Virus record (IMG/VR): IMGVR_UViG_2778261069_000012
Location: 1 to 30,877 of that record
Direction: 5' to 3' (one strand)
Source: a virus
Taxonomy: Duplodnaviria; Heunggongvirae; Uroviricota; Caudoviricetes
DNA length: 30,877 nucleotides
A program made the translations under genes and the position numbers. Below the pieces are notes generated by a model. That model made no database searches, was not told the origin of the DNA, and was given only the letters and a program-made list of their open reading frames with translations. How positions within the stretch are numbered: position 1 is the first letter of the stretch; the number at the start of each line of letters is the position of its first letter. Below, piece after piece: positions 1-9,499 of the stretch.

Positions 1-450
1 ATGATCAATACTAAAACTCCTTTCGTACTTCTGGGTCTGAACCATGATGATAATCTGGATATGATGCATGTTTTCGCTAATCGTGGTTATAACATCATTC
101 GTCATTCCGAAGACTCCAATTTCTCAACTGCTTTCTATGCTCTTAAACGTAATGGTCGCCCTACGGTGATCGTAGACTGCTTTACTGATGAAGGTCGTGA
201 ACAATACAACAACATTCCGGCAATTATTGTTCGTGATGACCTGCCGTTTGATGTTCGTGAATATGACGTTGATTTAGGCTCTTACTATGGGATCGCCGAT
301 CTTGACCAGATTATGGCTGATTACGGTAAACAACCCGCTCAGGAAGCCCCAGAAGAAGATGAACAAGACGAAGATGACGACTACGCACCAATCTGTTTCT
401 CTTCTCAGAATGGCTTCTACGGTTACGATGAAGGCTTAGATATGCTGTAA
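1..450 (+). CDS. hypothetical protein with acidic C-terminus; may be 5'-truncated by the window edge
   Basis: 149-codon ORF starting at nt 1; E/D-rich tail (EEDEQDEDDDY); no motif recognised. Confidence 0.5.
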   Translation: MINTKTPFVLLGLNHDDNLDMMHVFANRGYNIIRHSEDSNFSTAFYALKRNGRPTVIVDCFTDEGREQYNNIPAIIVRDDLPFDVREYDVDLGSYYGIADLDQIMADYGKQPAQEAPEEDEQDEDDDYAPICFSSQNGFYGYDEGLDML

Positions 451-486
451 GTTAGGTCAACCCTTTGGCGTCTTGTCAAGGGGGTG

Positions 487-515
487 TTGACAAAATTTTC
501 TGACTTTTTTATGAT
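487..515 (+). promoter_or_regulatory. sigma70-like promoter candidate
   Basis: TTGACA (487-492), 17-nt spacer, TATGAT (510-515), about 55 nt upstream of the ATG at 572; sits in a cluster of TTGAC-type hexamers. Confidence 0.4.
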
Positions 516-571
516 TATCGCACTTGACAATTTTGAACCTATTTGACCTAGATTTGTAAAGAGGATGTAAC

Positions 572-904
572 ATGAAAGAATTTACCATCACTAAATCCCT
601 GTATGACTGGACTGTTAAAATCTCCGGCAAAACCGTTTCTGTAAGCCCTAGCCATGTAGAAAATGATTGGGGCGTATCCCGTGAAACAATCTCCCGTAGT
701 ATGCATGTTCCGTTTGATCTGATGTCCTTAACTGGTATTCATGCAATGCTGGAAGTTCGCGAACAATTCGAAGCTGGTAATCACAATGCGGCTCCAGTTA
801 GCAATCACCTTCTTACCAATGAAGAACGTGAAATCATCGAAAACTGGCGTTATGAGTATGCGATTCCTTACTACGAAGAAGATCAGGTAGAAATCGATTG
901 GTGA
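572..904 (+). CDS. hypothetical protein (110 aa)
   Basis: ORF preceded by AGAGGA Shine-Dalgarno about 7 nt upstream; no motif recognised. Confidence 0.55.
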   Translation: MKEFTITKSLYDWTVKISGKTVSVSPSHVENDWGVSRETISRSMHVPFDLMSLTGIHAMLEVREQFEAGNHNAAPVSNHLLTNEEREIIENWRYEYAIPYYEEDQVEIDW

Positions 905-993
905 TAAATTTCTATTATAAATAAAATTGTTCCGGTGATGCTGCCGGAACTAGGAGGACCAAATCACTAAACCGTTTAAGGGGAATTTTTACT

Positions 994-1869
994 ATGAATA
1001 CTGTTACTACTATGAATACTGCTACCGTTTCTTTTGATGCTTCTCTGACTGCTACAAAGAAAGAATGGCAAATCGCTAAACCTGCTTCAATGTCTCTGGT
1101 TGTTGATAACACCAAACCGCTTACCATGTCTACTTTGCAGATCGCGCAAATGATGAATCGCGTAGACCGTCATCGTGATATTAAGCGAACTGTTGATCGC
1201 CTTGTTGCTTCTGGTGTAATCGTCCACACGCCAACGGCGCGCGAACAATTAGAGGATAAATTTGGTCGTTCTCGTGAAATTGAAGTTTACCTTCTTGATG
1301 AACGTTCCTCTTACATTGTTGTTGCTCAGATTTCGCCAGAATTTACCGCTTTTATTGTTGATGAATGGAAACGACTGAAAGAAGAAAATGAAAAACTTCG
1401 CTCGACTCCTGTTAATCCATACGAAAACTTCGAAGAAACAGATTGGATTGAACTGGCGTTAGAGAAAACCCGCGAAAATAAACGCCTTGTTGAATTGCAT
1501 GTACGTAAAGCTATCGACACTCACAGCTTAACCCGTCTTCTGGGCGAAAAACGCGGCTCTGTGAAGGTACAAATGATTCTGAAAGGGTTATGTGCTGCTG
1601 GTGTCCTTGAGCGTCGTCTGGATGCTTCTGGTAAGCCTAACGGCTATGATCTGCTGCCTCCTGGCTATATGTTCGCTCGTATGTCGGCACACGGTCAGAT
1701 CGAGTTCACTGCTGATGCTATCCCGCATCTCGTAAAACTCGGATTGCTTGAAGAAGAAAAGGCAGCAACTTTGAAATTGCCACAGCCTAACAACTCACGA
1801 GCAATCGTCAATAATACTGCTTTGCTGATTCGTCAGAATGCTGGATCACTGGAACACTTCGGATTGTAA
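994..1869 (+). CDS. Rha-family phage regulatory protein (antirepressor-like)
   Basis: Residues 45-115 (LTMSTLQIAQMMNRVDRHRDIKRTVDRL ... YLLDERSSYIVVAQISPEF) resemble the Phage_pRha domain from memory; SD AAGGGGA upstream; intrinsic terminator follows. Confidence 0.6.
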   Translation: MNTVTTMNTATVSFDASLTATKKEWQIAKPASMSLVVDNTKPLTMSTLQIAQMMNRVDRHRDIKRTVDRLVASGVIVHTPTAREQLEDKFGRSREIEVYLLDERSSYIVVAQISPEFTAFIVDEWKRLKEENEKLRSTPVNPYENFEETDWIELALEKTRENKRLVELHVRKAIDTHSLTRLLGEKRGSVKVQMILKGLCAAGVLERRLDASGKPNGYDLLPPGYMFARMSAHGQIEFTADAIPHLVKLGLLEEEKAATLKLPQPNNSRAIVNNTALLIRQNAGSLEHFGL

Positions 1870-1877
1870 TAATTTTT

Positions 1878-1903
1878 GCCCCTGAATTTCAGGGGCTTTT
1901 TTG
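1878..1903 (+). terminator. rho-independent terminator after the Rha-like gene
   Basis: GCCCCT / AGGGGC stem, 7-nt loop, then TTTTTT. Confidence 0.7.
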
Positions 1904-1988
1904 TATCTGGAGTTTTTCGCTGAAACCCTGCAATACAGATTTTCGAAATAATCAATGACTTAGAGATGTGCTCAGTTTTGAGCGGATA

Positions 1989-2018
1989 TAAAAAAAGGCC
2001 AACCCCGAAGGATTGGCC
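1989..2018 (-). terminator. rho-independent terminator for the minus-strand cassette
   Basis: GGCCAA / TTGGCC stem with 10-nt loop; the minus-strand transcript follows it with a U-run (A8 on the + strand at 1989-1996). Confidence 0.6.
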
Positions 2019-2025
2019 TAGAGAA

Positions 2026-2256
2026 TCAAATTCCTGTTGCTTCTACCATTTCACCATCAACCTGAACAAAGAATTTCAAATCAACTTTATGGAGTGATTT
2101 GTAGAATTGAGCGATTGAAATACCGTGTTCGCTCAATACTTGTTCTTTTTCGGCTTTACCTTTCGGTGCTTGATAGTACGCTTTTACAATCGCTGCCAGT
2201 TGTTCACGATCAAAACGGCAAGGACGACCGCGAGTAGCTTTAGTAGTCATAGTCAT
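2026..2256 (-). CDS. small basic protein, putative DNA-binding (AT-hook-like RGRP motif)
   Basis: 76-aa ORF; N-terminal TRGRPCRFDREQL and HTH-like EHGISIAQFYKSL; co-oriented with the 200-aa ORF upstream of it. Confidence 0.5.
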   Translation of the reverse strand: MTMTTKATRGRPCRFDREQLAAIVKAYYQAPKGKAEKEQVLSEHGISIAQFYKSLHKVDLKFFVQVDGEMVEATGI

Positions 2257-2284
2257 TTCTCCAAATTAAAGTGAATGTTCACCT

Positions 2285-2887
2285 TTATTTAGAGGACTTA
2301 CATTTTATCGGAAAAAGTTCTCCATCGTCAACCGACATAAAGAACTCTGCCTTAATCCCGTACTTCTTCAACCGTGAATAGTATGTACCCCGACTTATAT
2401 CAACCTTGCGCAGCACTTCGAAGAACTCTTTAGGATCGTTGTAATAATGGCTATATCGCACGTTAGCGAGTTCAACGAACAATTCCCTTGTATCACCATA
2501 CCCTTTCTTGAATGCCTCGTTACGATAGCGTGTAACAGCGTGATTCAATCTCTTCTGTTTCAACACTTCTCGGATCGGCTTCCACTGCAACCTATAGATA
2601 GGACCGTCATCAATGCGATAATAACGCTTGATATCAAAATCAAACCAATCTCGGACTCTCCGAAACTCTGTATGTGATGTTCTATGCTTCTTAAAGAAGT
2701 TGTGAACGTCTGTATAACCATTATCACGGTAAAATTCTATTAAAATCTCTTTCGCTTCCTCACGACTAAAACCGGATGTTGTGTAATCAGTCTTTAAGTG
2801 CTTATGCTTGACTGGCAAACGGTATTCATGATCGGTACAAGACAAGGCTAATTCTAATTCATCTCTTTGTTTCTGATTAATTAGCAT
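2285..2887 (-). CDS. hypothetical basic, aromatic-rich protein with C-terminal HTH-like segment
   Basis: 200-aa ORF; SD AAGGGGG directly upstream on the minus strand; C-terminal [17 protein letters not shown] looks HTH-like; divergent from terL. Confidence 0.55.
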   Translation of the reverse strand: MLINQKQRDELELALSCTDHEYRLPVKHKHLKTDYTTSGFSREEAKEILIEFYRDNGYTDVHNFFKKHRTSHTEFRRVRDWFDFDIKRYYRIDDGPIYRLQWKPIREVLKQKRLNHAVTRYRNEAFKKGYGDTRELFVELANVRYSHYYNDPKEFFEVLRKVDISRGTYYSRLKKYGIKAEFFMSVDDGELFPIKCKSSK

Positions 2888-2974
2888 ACAACCCCCTTAA
2901 ATCTTAATACCCGTATTTATCAGAAAATCAACAATTTAATAAATACCTTCATATTTCGTAATGAGGGTAATTAC

Positions 2975-4879
2975 ATGAAACTGATTTCTAATAAGGCCAA
3001 ATTAAAAAAGATTCTCAGAAATGCAGCCAAATATATTACGCCACCGCCTAAGCTCCTTCCTTCTGAATGGTGCGAAGCGAATATGGTGCTGGTAGATGGT
3101 CCTCAAGCTGGGGATAAAGTTAAATTGCTGTCATTTCAGAAAGGTATGATTGATGCTCCTTTCCTTGAGAATAAGAAAAAATATGTTCTGATGACCAGTG
3201 CGCAGATCGGAAAGACTACCATCTTGAACGGTATCCTGTTTAACCAGATGGCTAACGATCCATGCAATATGATTATCGGACAATCAACCGCTAAAGAAAT
3301 GTCTCAATATCTCGCTGGTAAGATCCGACCGTCTATCGAAGCATGTGATGCATTAAAAGACGTGGTTACAGACAAGAATGATCGCAATGCTGTTAACAAC
3401 AATAACCAGCTACAGCTAAAAACGAATCACTTCCTATACATGGTATCGCTTACCAGTCCATCAACCCTACGTGGTAAGACCGCAAAGGTTGGATTGCTTG
3501 ACGAAATCGATGCTGCTACAGCCTCAGAAGAAGGTGATCCGGTGGCACTTGCTGCTAACCGTTTAACTACCTTTGGCGATGAAGGTCGATTAGTCGTATC
3601 CAGTACCCCGACCAGTAAGCTCGGAAGCATTAACCAGCAATGGTTATCAAGTGACATGCGTATGTTTTTTGTTCCGTGTCCTCATTGTGGGGAGCATCAA
3701 GTAATCGAGTGGGAAAACGTACAGTTTGAATGGCGTAACATCGATGGCAAGAACTTACCCGATCCTGATACCGCTCGTTATATTTGCCCACACTGTAAGC
3801 AATCATGGACAGAAGGGGAACGAATCAGGGCAGTAGCGCAAGGCGAGTGGAGAGCAACCCGTGAAAGTGAAGTAGCAGGATTCTGGATTAGCCGTCTGTA
3901 TTCACCTTTCAGCACGATCCGCGCTTGTGTGGTTGATTTTAGTCATGCGTGGCAATCCTTTGATTTACAATCATTTTATAACACCGTGTTAGGTAAGGTA
4001 TACGATGATCAGGACACGGCAGTAGAAGCAAATGAACTGGAACAACTCAAAACAGATGTTTCTATCGAGAATATCCCTGATGACGTGATTTTCTTGTGTT
4101 CGGGAATTGACCAGCAATTGGACCGCGCAGAATCTACCATCTTAGGTGTCGCGAAAGATAAGGTTTACATTCTGGATCACCGCAGCTTTTACGATCATAA
4201 CTGTGAACGATATGAATCACCTGTATGGGATAGATTAATCAACTTCCATAAAACCAAATTTACTACTGTATCGGGTGATCGTGTTCCTATGCTCGCCAGC
4301 TTCCTTGATACATCGAACGGTCGATTCACTCAAGCTGGATACCGTATTTGCGGCAAGTGGAAGAACTTACACGCTATCAAAGGTAGTTCTGCTGGTAACG
4401 CTCCGATCATTCCGGTTAAACCTACCCGCACAGGTGGTCATGAATTGCTTATGTTGGGTGTTAACGTGGGTAAAACTGCATTTCGTGAAATGTTGGCTAG
4501 GAACCTGAAAGATAATCCTCATATTGGCTTAGAAATATCAGACACCGTTCCTGATGATTATCTCGATCAGCTTTTAAGTGAATCTGTCAAGCGTACTACT
4601 ACTGGCGTGAGATGGGTAAAGAACCCAGGCGTTAGGAACGAGGCGCTCGACTGCGCCGTGTATGCTACAGCGGCTTCTCGCTACGTCCTTTCAAAAATGT
4701 CATGGGATAAACTCATTGCAATGAAAGACAGCTTAAACCGTGTTGTCGAAGAACCCGTAAAAGCTCCTAAATCGCAATCTAACGAGCAAATCGAAGAAAC
4801 TAAGCCAATCACACGACCGCAACGTCAAAACATCGCCAGACGCCCAAATAGAGGCCGTAGCTGGGTAACATCGTTCTAA
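2975..4879 (+). CDS. terL: terminase large subunit, lambda GpA-like family
   Basis: 634 aa; P-loop-like [10 protein letters not shown] near the N-terminus; CPHCGEHQ ... CPHCKQSW zinc-ribbon pair; position upstream of the portal gene; SD GAGGGTAA. Confidence 0.88.
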   Translation: MKLISNKAKLKKILRNAAKYITPPPKLLPSEWCEANMVLVDGPQAGDKVKLLSFQKGMIDAPFLENKKKYVLMTSAQIGKTTILNGILFNQMANDPCNMIIGQSTAKEMSQYLAGKIRPSIEACDALKDVVTDKNDRNAVNNNNQLQLKTNHFLYMVSLTSPSTLRGKTAKVGLLDEIDAATASEEGDPVALAANRLTTFGDEGRLVVSSTPTSKLGSINQQWLSSDMRMFFVPCPHCGEHQVIEWENVQFEWRNIDGKNLPDPDTARYICPHCKQSWTEGERIRAVAQGEWRATRESEVAGFWISRLYSPFSTIRACVVDFSHAWQSFDLQSFYNTVLGKVYDDQDTAVEANELEQLKTDVSIENIPDDVIFLCSGIDQQLDRAESTILGVAKDKVYILDHRSFYDHNCERYESPVWDRLINFHKTKFTTVSGDRVPMLASFLDTSNGRFTQAGYRICGKWKNLHAIKGSSAGNAPIIPVKPTRTGGHELLMLGVNVGKTAFREMLARNLKDNPHIGLEISDTVPDDYLDQLLSESVKRTTTGVRWVKNPGVRNEALDCAVYATAASRYVLSKMSWDKLIAMKDSLNRVVEEPVKAPKSQSNEQIEETKPITRPQRQNIARRPNRGRSWVTSF

Positions 4880-4885
4880 TAACTC

Positions 4886-4903
4886 GCCGTCCTTCGGGGC
4901 GGC
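4886..4903 (+). other. stem-loop with UUCG tetraloop just after terL
   Basis: GCCGTCC-TTCG-GGGCGGC (one G.U pair); no U-tract follows, so probably not an efficient terminator. Confidence 0.35.
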
Positions 4904-4951
4904 TTACTCCTAAATATTGTTAATCCAATAACAATTAAATAAGGGGTAATT

Positions 4952-5446
4952 ATGAGTTTAGAACTAATTCCCTTAGTAATTCGTAAAGGCGAAAAAATCA
5001 CGCTGGCGAATGAAGAGGGTGTAACAATTCAGGTAGGAAATAATAAAGGTATCATTTATCAGGTTGATGATTCTCCGGCTAATCACGAGATTAAAACCTT
5101 AGATTTTGCCGAGGGTAAATATACCATCGTAATAACTTTGGATGAAGAACTGGTATCAATGCAGGAACTAACTGTTTTGCCAGTATTCGCCAAACAATCC
5201 AAAAAAGAATATCTGCGGGAAATTATCGCCTTAATCGAGCAAGTTATTTTCGCCCGTTTATCTGGGGACGAAGCCGCATTATCTGCAATGACCGTGAAAG
5301 GGAATACTTTCGCCTATGAGTCATTGGGTGTTCTCCAGCAATTGAAGACTGATTATGAACGTCAGTTATCTAAAGTAATTCAAGCCGAACGACGTAAACA
5401 GGGAATTAGCCCTATTAAAAATATCAAATTACGTCTGACGCGATAA
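4952..5446 (+). CDS. hypothetical protein between terminase and portal
   Basis: 164-aa ORF with SD AAGGGGTAA; function assigned by position only. Confidence 0.5.
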   Translation: MSLELIPLVIRKGEKITLANEEGVTIQVGNNKGIIYQVDDSPANHEIKTLDFAEGKYTIVITLDEELVSMQELTVLPVFAKQSKKEYLREIIALIEQVIFARLSGDEAALSAMTVKGNTFAYESLGVLQQLKTDYERQLSKVIQAERRKQGISPIKNIKLRLTR

Positions 5447-5456
5447 GGGGTAAATC

Positions 5457-6968
5457 ATGTTTAATCTTTTTCGACGCAAAAAGGCGGTAGAAACTCCAGT
5501 TAAAACTAATCACCGCCAGCAACAACAAAAAATCTTTATCGACAAACAAGTAGAAAAATTCCAGAAATCTCTGGCGACTCGTAGTTTAGGACTGGTTGGT
5601 GATCGTATTGATGGATCACTTCAACAAGACACCATTACAGGAACCTTCAATAAGGCTCTCAAATCGAACGGTAAGCGCCTTTATGATCAGGGTCGTACTC
5701 TGGCCTTAAACACTTCCGTTGGCAGTCGCTACACGCAATACATCACCGATATGGTGGTTGGTACTGGTCTAGATCCGAAGCCGTCAATCGTTAAATCGAA
5801 TGGCAAACTTGATAGCGCACTGAATAAGCAGATCGAGAATGCTTTCTGGAAGTGGGCGCAGAATGCTAAACGCTTCTCTCGTAACGGTCGCTTTAACTTC
5901 CGTGAACTGCTGGTAATGGCTGAACGTGAGCGCGTTATGGGTGGTGAGTGCTTCATCGTTTTAACCAAAGAAAACAATGAGTTAAATGTTTCTATCCTGT
6001 CTGCTGATAAATGCGACTGGACGCTCAACCGTGAAGTAAGCAAAGAACGCGCTATCTATCAGGGGATCGAGTATGACGTAGAAACAATGCGCCCTGTTGC
6101 ATACTGGTTTCGTAAAATCAACCTACTGACTCAGACTTACACAGGTGATAACTATAGAGTCGAGGCTTCGCAAGTATGCCATTATTATCAACCACTTGCG
6201 GCTGAATCTCTGCGTGGTGTGACCGACTTCCTGCCAGTGATTAAGGATATCGCACATCAAGACGCATTCCGCTTAACTGCTATCGTCCAGAAACGTATTG
6301 CGGCTAGTTCTATGGGCTTTATCGAGCGTCCGAAAGATTCTGGTGACGATTTTGATACTGGTGAAGATGATGAACAATATCAAGCGCCGGAAGTAGTACA
6401 GGATTTTGCACCGGGTACTATTCAGGAATTACCGGAAGGGGCAACGATCAAGAGCATCCAGGCGACGCAAAGCGGTGATGACTTTAACAGCTTCAATGAT
6501 GCGATGTTTACTAGCGTATCAATGGGCTTAGGCGTGTTTAAACAGGGCTTAACGGGAGATTGTTCACAGATCAACTACTCAGCCGCACGTTTTGGTGAAC
6601 TACTTCAACGTAACCGCGTTAAAGCACTTCAAAACAAATTGATTGAAACAGTGGTGTTGCCAATTTTCGAAGCGTATCTACGCCATTATTCCGCGCGTGG
6701 TGTTGTTCCGATTCGTATTACTGCAATTCCACATATTATCGATAATACAACTATTATTCGTCCGCGTTTCGAGTCTGTCGATGTTATTAAAGACGTAAAC
6801 GCTGATATTGCTTTAATTGATAAAGGACTTAAATCACGTACTGCCGTTATTCTTGAACGTGGTGATGATCCTGAAAAAGTATTCTCAGAGATTCAAGCCG
6901 AAAAGAGCGCACTAAATATTATCGTTAATGGCGAGGGTGAAGAAAAAAATTCCCCAGCCGATCCCTAA
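5457..6968 (+). CDS. portal protein (lambda gpB-like family)
   Basis: 503 aa; follows terL; central and C-terminal segments (e.g. SGDDFNSFNDAMFTSVSMGLGVFKQGLTGDCSQINYSAARF) resemble the lambda-type portal family from memory. Confidence 0.82.
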   Translation: MFNLFRRKKAVETPVKTNHRQQQQKIFIDKQVEKFQKSLATRSLGLVGDRIDGSLQQDTITGTFNKALKSNGKRLYDQGRTLALNTSVGSRYTQYITDMVVGTGLDPKPSIVKSNGKLDSALNKQIENAFWKWAQNAKRFSRNGRFNFRELLVMAERERVMGGECFIVLTKENNELNVSILSADKCDWTLNREVSKERAIYQGIEYDVETMRPVAYWFRKINLLTQTYTGDNYRVEASQVCHYYQPLAAESLRGVTDFLPVIKDIAHQDAFRLTAIVQKRIAASSMGFIERPKDSGDDFDTGEDDEQYQAPEVVQDFAPGTIQELPEGATIKSIQATQSGDDFNSFNDAMFTSVSMGLGVFKQGLTGDCSQINYSAARFGELLQRNRVKALQNKLIETVVLPIFEAYLRHYSARGVVPIRITAIPHIIDNTTIIRPRFESVDVIKDVNADIALIDKGLKSRTAVILERGDDPEKVFSEIQAEKSALNIIVNGEGEEKNSPADP

Positions 6969-7013
6969 TAACCAACGGGGGCGCAATGCCCCCAATTAAT
7001 TAAAGGTGATTAA

Positions 7014-9017
7014 ATGCTTAAATTTCGCCGCGATCTTAACGGTTACGGTGGAGTTATTAATGAAGGGCATAACGATCAATACGAATTTGAAATTGCTTTC
7101 TCAAGTACACAGCCTTATCAGCGCCAATTTTGGGATGAGCAAAATCAAGAAATGGTGGTATTAGATGAAATTCTGGTACATACACCGGAAGCGGTTGATC
7201 TGTCTCGTCTGAATAATAACGCTCCGTTGCTGTTCAATCATAATTTCGATAATCACATTGGTGTTGTTTGTAACGCTCGAATCGATGCGGATAACGTAGG
7301 TCGTGCTCTGGTTAAATTCTCCAAGCATGGGACTTTGGCTAATGATATTCGTAATAAAGTCATTGAAGGTACGATGGAAAAAATTTCTGTCGGTTATGAC
7401 ATTAAAGAATATCACATCGATTATGCCAAAGGACAATTGATTGTTACTAAGTGGGCACCCTATGAACTCTCATTTGTCACCGTTCCCGCAGACGATACGG
7501 TCGGTTTAAATCGCTCTCTAAATACTATCACAGTTAATTTGGAGGCTAAACGCGATATGACTAAAGAACAAATCGAAGAAATCAAAAACGAAGAACCCGC
7601 TCAGGTTGAAGAAACTCCGGTAGAAGAAAATAAAGAACTGGAAGTTGAAGAAACTCAAGAGCGCCAAGTTGAAGAGAATAAAGAAAATGAAAATCTCGAA
7701 GACGGAAAAGACGCTGAACATCCTGAAAGTGTTGATGATGATAGTTCAACTGTTCGGGAAACAGAAGAAGTAAAAGAAGAACGTGAAGCCGCTCCGATTG
7801 AAGAAGAAAAAATCGAAGAAGTGGCTGAACGTTCCGAAGAAGACGAATTAGAAATCCGCGAGATCGCGCGGGAACTAAATATTGACGACGAAGAGTTAAA
7901 ACGCGCATTGGCAATTAAAGACATGACGCCGGAAGCATTCCGAACTAAGGCACTAAATAATCTTGTCAATGCTCAACGTAATAACGAACAACAAATTAAG
8001 GACTCTAAAATGGAAAAAACTTTTGACCTGAACAACGTAATTCGCTCTCTGGTAGATGGTGCTGCTCTGGGTGCTAACGAAGCTGAATATTCCGCAATGG
8101 CTGCTACTGCAACTATGCAGCGTGGTCGTGCTGCTCGTGGTGGCTCTGTATTCGTTCCGGCTGCTGCTATGCGTGCTGCTTCTGCTGGTAACACCAAAGC
8201 TGACCTGACCGCTATCACTGACGAAAAACTGATGACTGAATCCTACATCGAAATGCTGATGCCGGAATCTGTTCTGGGTCGTCTGGGTGTGACTGTTTAC
8301 AGTGGCTTGAACTCCCCGACCGCTATTCCAAAAATGACTAAATCCAGCGTTGACGCTTTCGGCTTCGTTGATGAAAACGGTGCTGCACCGGAAAGCAAAG
8401 CTGAATTTGCGAACGTGAAACTGTCTCCGAAAACTTTTGCTGGTGGCAACCCGATCAGCCGTCAGTCGCTGAAAACCGTTCCGGGCATCGCTACCCTGAT
8501 CACCGATCACATTAACAAATCTGTTCGGATCAAACTGGAACAACTGATTCTGTCTGATAAAGAAAATGCTCGTGGTCCGGCTGGTCTGGTTAAGCAACTG
8601 GTAGACGCTAGCCGCGTTACCAAGAAAGCTGCTTTCTCTTATAAAGATTTCCTCAAGGAGATTGCTCAGCTTACGGACGCTGGCGTTCCTGCTCAGGCGA
8701 TCAAGTTTGCAATGAGCGGTGCAACTGCTGCTGAACTGGAATCTACCCTGAAAGATAACGGCGTTTCCGGTTATATCATCGAAAACGGCAAACTGGCTGG
8801 TTACGAAGTAGTTACTTCTGGCGTTATCCCGGCAGACCACATCGTTCTGGGTGACTTCTCCGGTATTACTATCGGTGAGTGGGGAGGTCTGGAACTCGAC
8901 ATGGATCTAACTACATATAGGGATCGTGGTGCGGTAGTGCCTCGTATCTTTGTAGATTTGGACTACGTTGTAGCACAGCCGGAAGCCCTGAAAGTTCTTC
9001 ACATCTCCGCTGAATGA
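7014..9017 (+). CDS. prohead protease / scaffold-like linker / major capsid protein fusion (HK97 fold)
   Basis: 667 aa; N-terminal about 170 aa with LLFNHNFDNHIG motif typical of HK97-family prohead proteases; E/K-rich acidic linker (aa 185-300); C-terminal about 340 aa capsid-like; position after the portal gene. Confidence 0.78.
   Translation: MLKFRRDLNGYGGVINEGHNDQYEFEIAFSSTQPYQRQFWDEQNQEMVVLDEILVHTPEAVDLSRLNNNAPLLFNHNFDNHIGVVCNARIDADNVGRALVKFSKHGTLANDIRNKVIEGTMEKISVGYDIKEYHIDYAKGQLIVTKWAPYELSFVTVPADDTVGLNRSLNTITVNLEAKRDMTKEQIEEIKNEEPAQVEETPVEENKELEVEETQERQVEENKENENLEDGKDAEHPESVDDDSSTVRETEEVKEEREAAPIEEEKIEEVAERSEEDELEIREIARELNIDDEELKRALAIKDMTPEAFRTKALNNLVNAQRNNEQQIKDSKMEKTFDLNNVIRSLVDGAALGANEAEYSAMAATATMQRGRAARGGSVFVPAAAMRAASAGNTKADLTAITDEKLMTESYIEMLMPESVLGRLGVTVYSGLNSPTAIPKMTKSSVDAFGFVDENGAAPESKAEFANVKLSPKTFAGGNPISRQSLKTVPGIATLITDHINKSVRIKLEQLILSDKENARGPAGLVKQLVDASRVTKKAAFSYKDFLKEIAQLTDAGVPAQAIKFAMSGATAAELESTLKDNGVSGYIIENGKLAGYEVVTSGVIPADHIVLGDFSGITIGEWGGLELDMDLTTYRDRGAVVPRIFVDLDYVVAQPEALKVLHISAE
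7556..7900 (+). repeat. low-complexity acidic E/K/V-rich linker inside the capsid fusion ORF
   Basis: Reiterated GAAGAA / EE(x)K(E) motifs; generates spurious antisense ORFs. Confidence 0.6.
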
Positions 9018-9151
9018 ACTCCTGTAGAACCATCTGAACCTTCCCCCGATTTGGGGGAAGAAAATCTGATTCCTAAACCGGAAGAAGATTCCCAGACGGT
9101 TACGGCGAAAGCCACAGTTAAAAAACAACGTAAAACTAAAGAATAATAATT

Positions 9152-9178
9152 AGCCCTGCCTAACGGTGGGGCTTTTTT
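9152..9178 (+). terminator. rho-independent terminator downstream of the capsid gene
   Basis: AGCCCTGCC / GGTGGGGCT stem (two G.U pairs), TAAC loop, then TTTTTT. Confidence 0.7.
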
Positions 9179-9208
9179 GTATGTAAATACTCCATAAAGG
9201 GGGTAACT

Positions 9209-9499
9209 ATGTTCAAATTATCAGAATCACAATTATCAAGAATGTTCCGAAGTGCTCCTGTATTTTCGGTGGAAGGTGGTAAATCAATTCGTGCTTATCA
9301 TGAAATTACCACTACCGACGAACAAGGGGTAATTACAGAATCAGAATTTCTATTTTGTCGTGAGGGAGACTTAAATCAGGGTGATGTTGTCATTGTAGAC
9401 GGTGAACGCTTCAAAGTTCAATACGTTAAGCGCAATGGTGATAATACTTCTGATTGCTTTATTGCTCGTGCAGGGGGTACACATGCTCGCTACCGTTAA
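9209..9499 (+). CDS. hypothetical protein, head completion or head-tail joining candidate by position
   Basis: 96-aa ORF with SD AAGGGGGTAA; between the capsid and tail genes. Confidence 0.5.
   Translation: MFKLSESQLSRMFRSAPVFSVEGGKSIRAYHEITTTDEQGVITESEFLFCREGDLNQGDVVIVDGERFKVQYVKRNGDNTSDCFIARAGGTHARYR

Noticed and set aside
7161-8840. Minus-strand ORFs of 67-295 aa antisense to the capsid fusion gene (7161..7436, 7518..7721, 7582..7914, 7655..7969, 7953..8840, 7973..8218)
   Set aside because: They lie wholly inside a well-supported + strand gene, have Ser/Leu/Phe-rich low-complexity translations and no SD; typical shadow ORFs of the GAA-rich region.
9402-9482. Upstream in-frame ATG at 9402 as start of the ORF ending at 9905
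   Set aside because: No SD and an 98-nt overlap with the previous gene; the ATG at 9483 has an AGGGGG SD.
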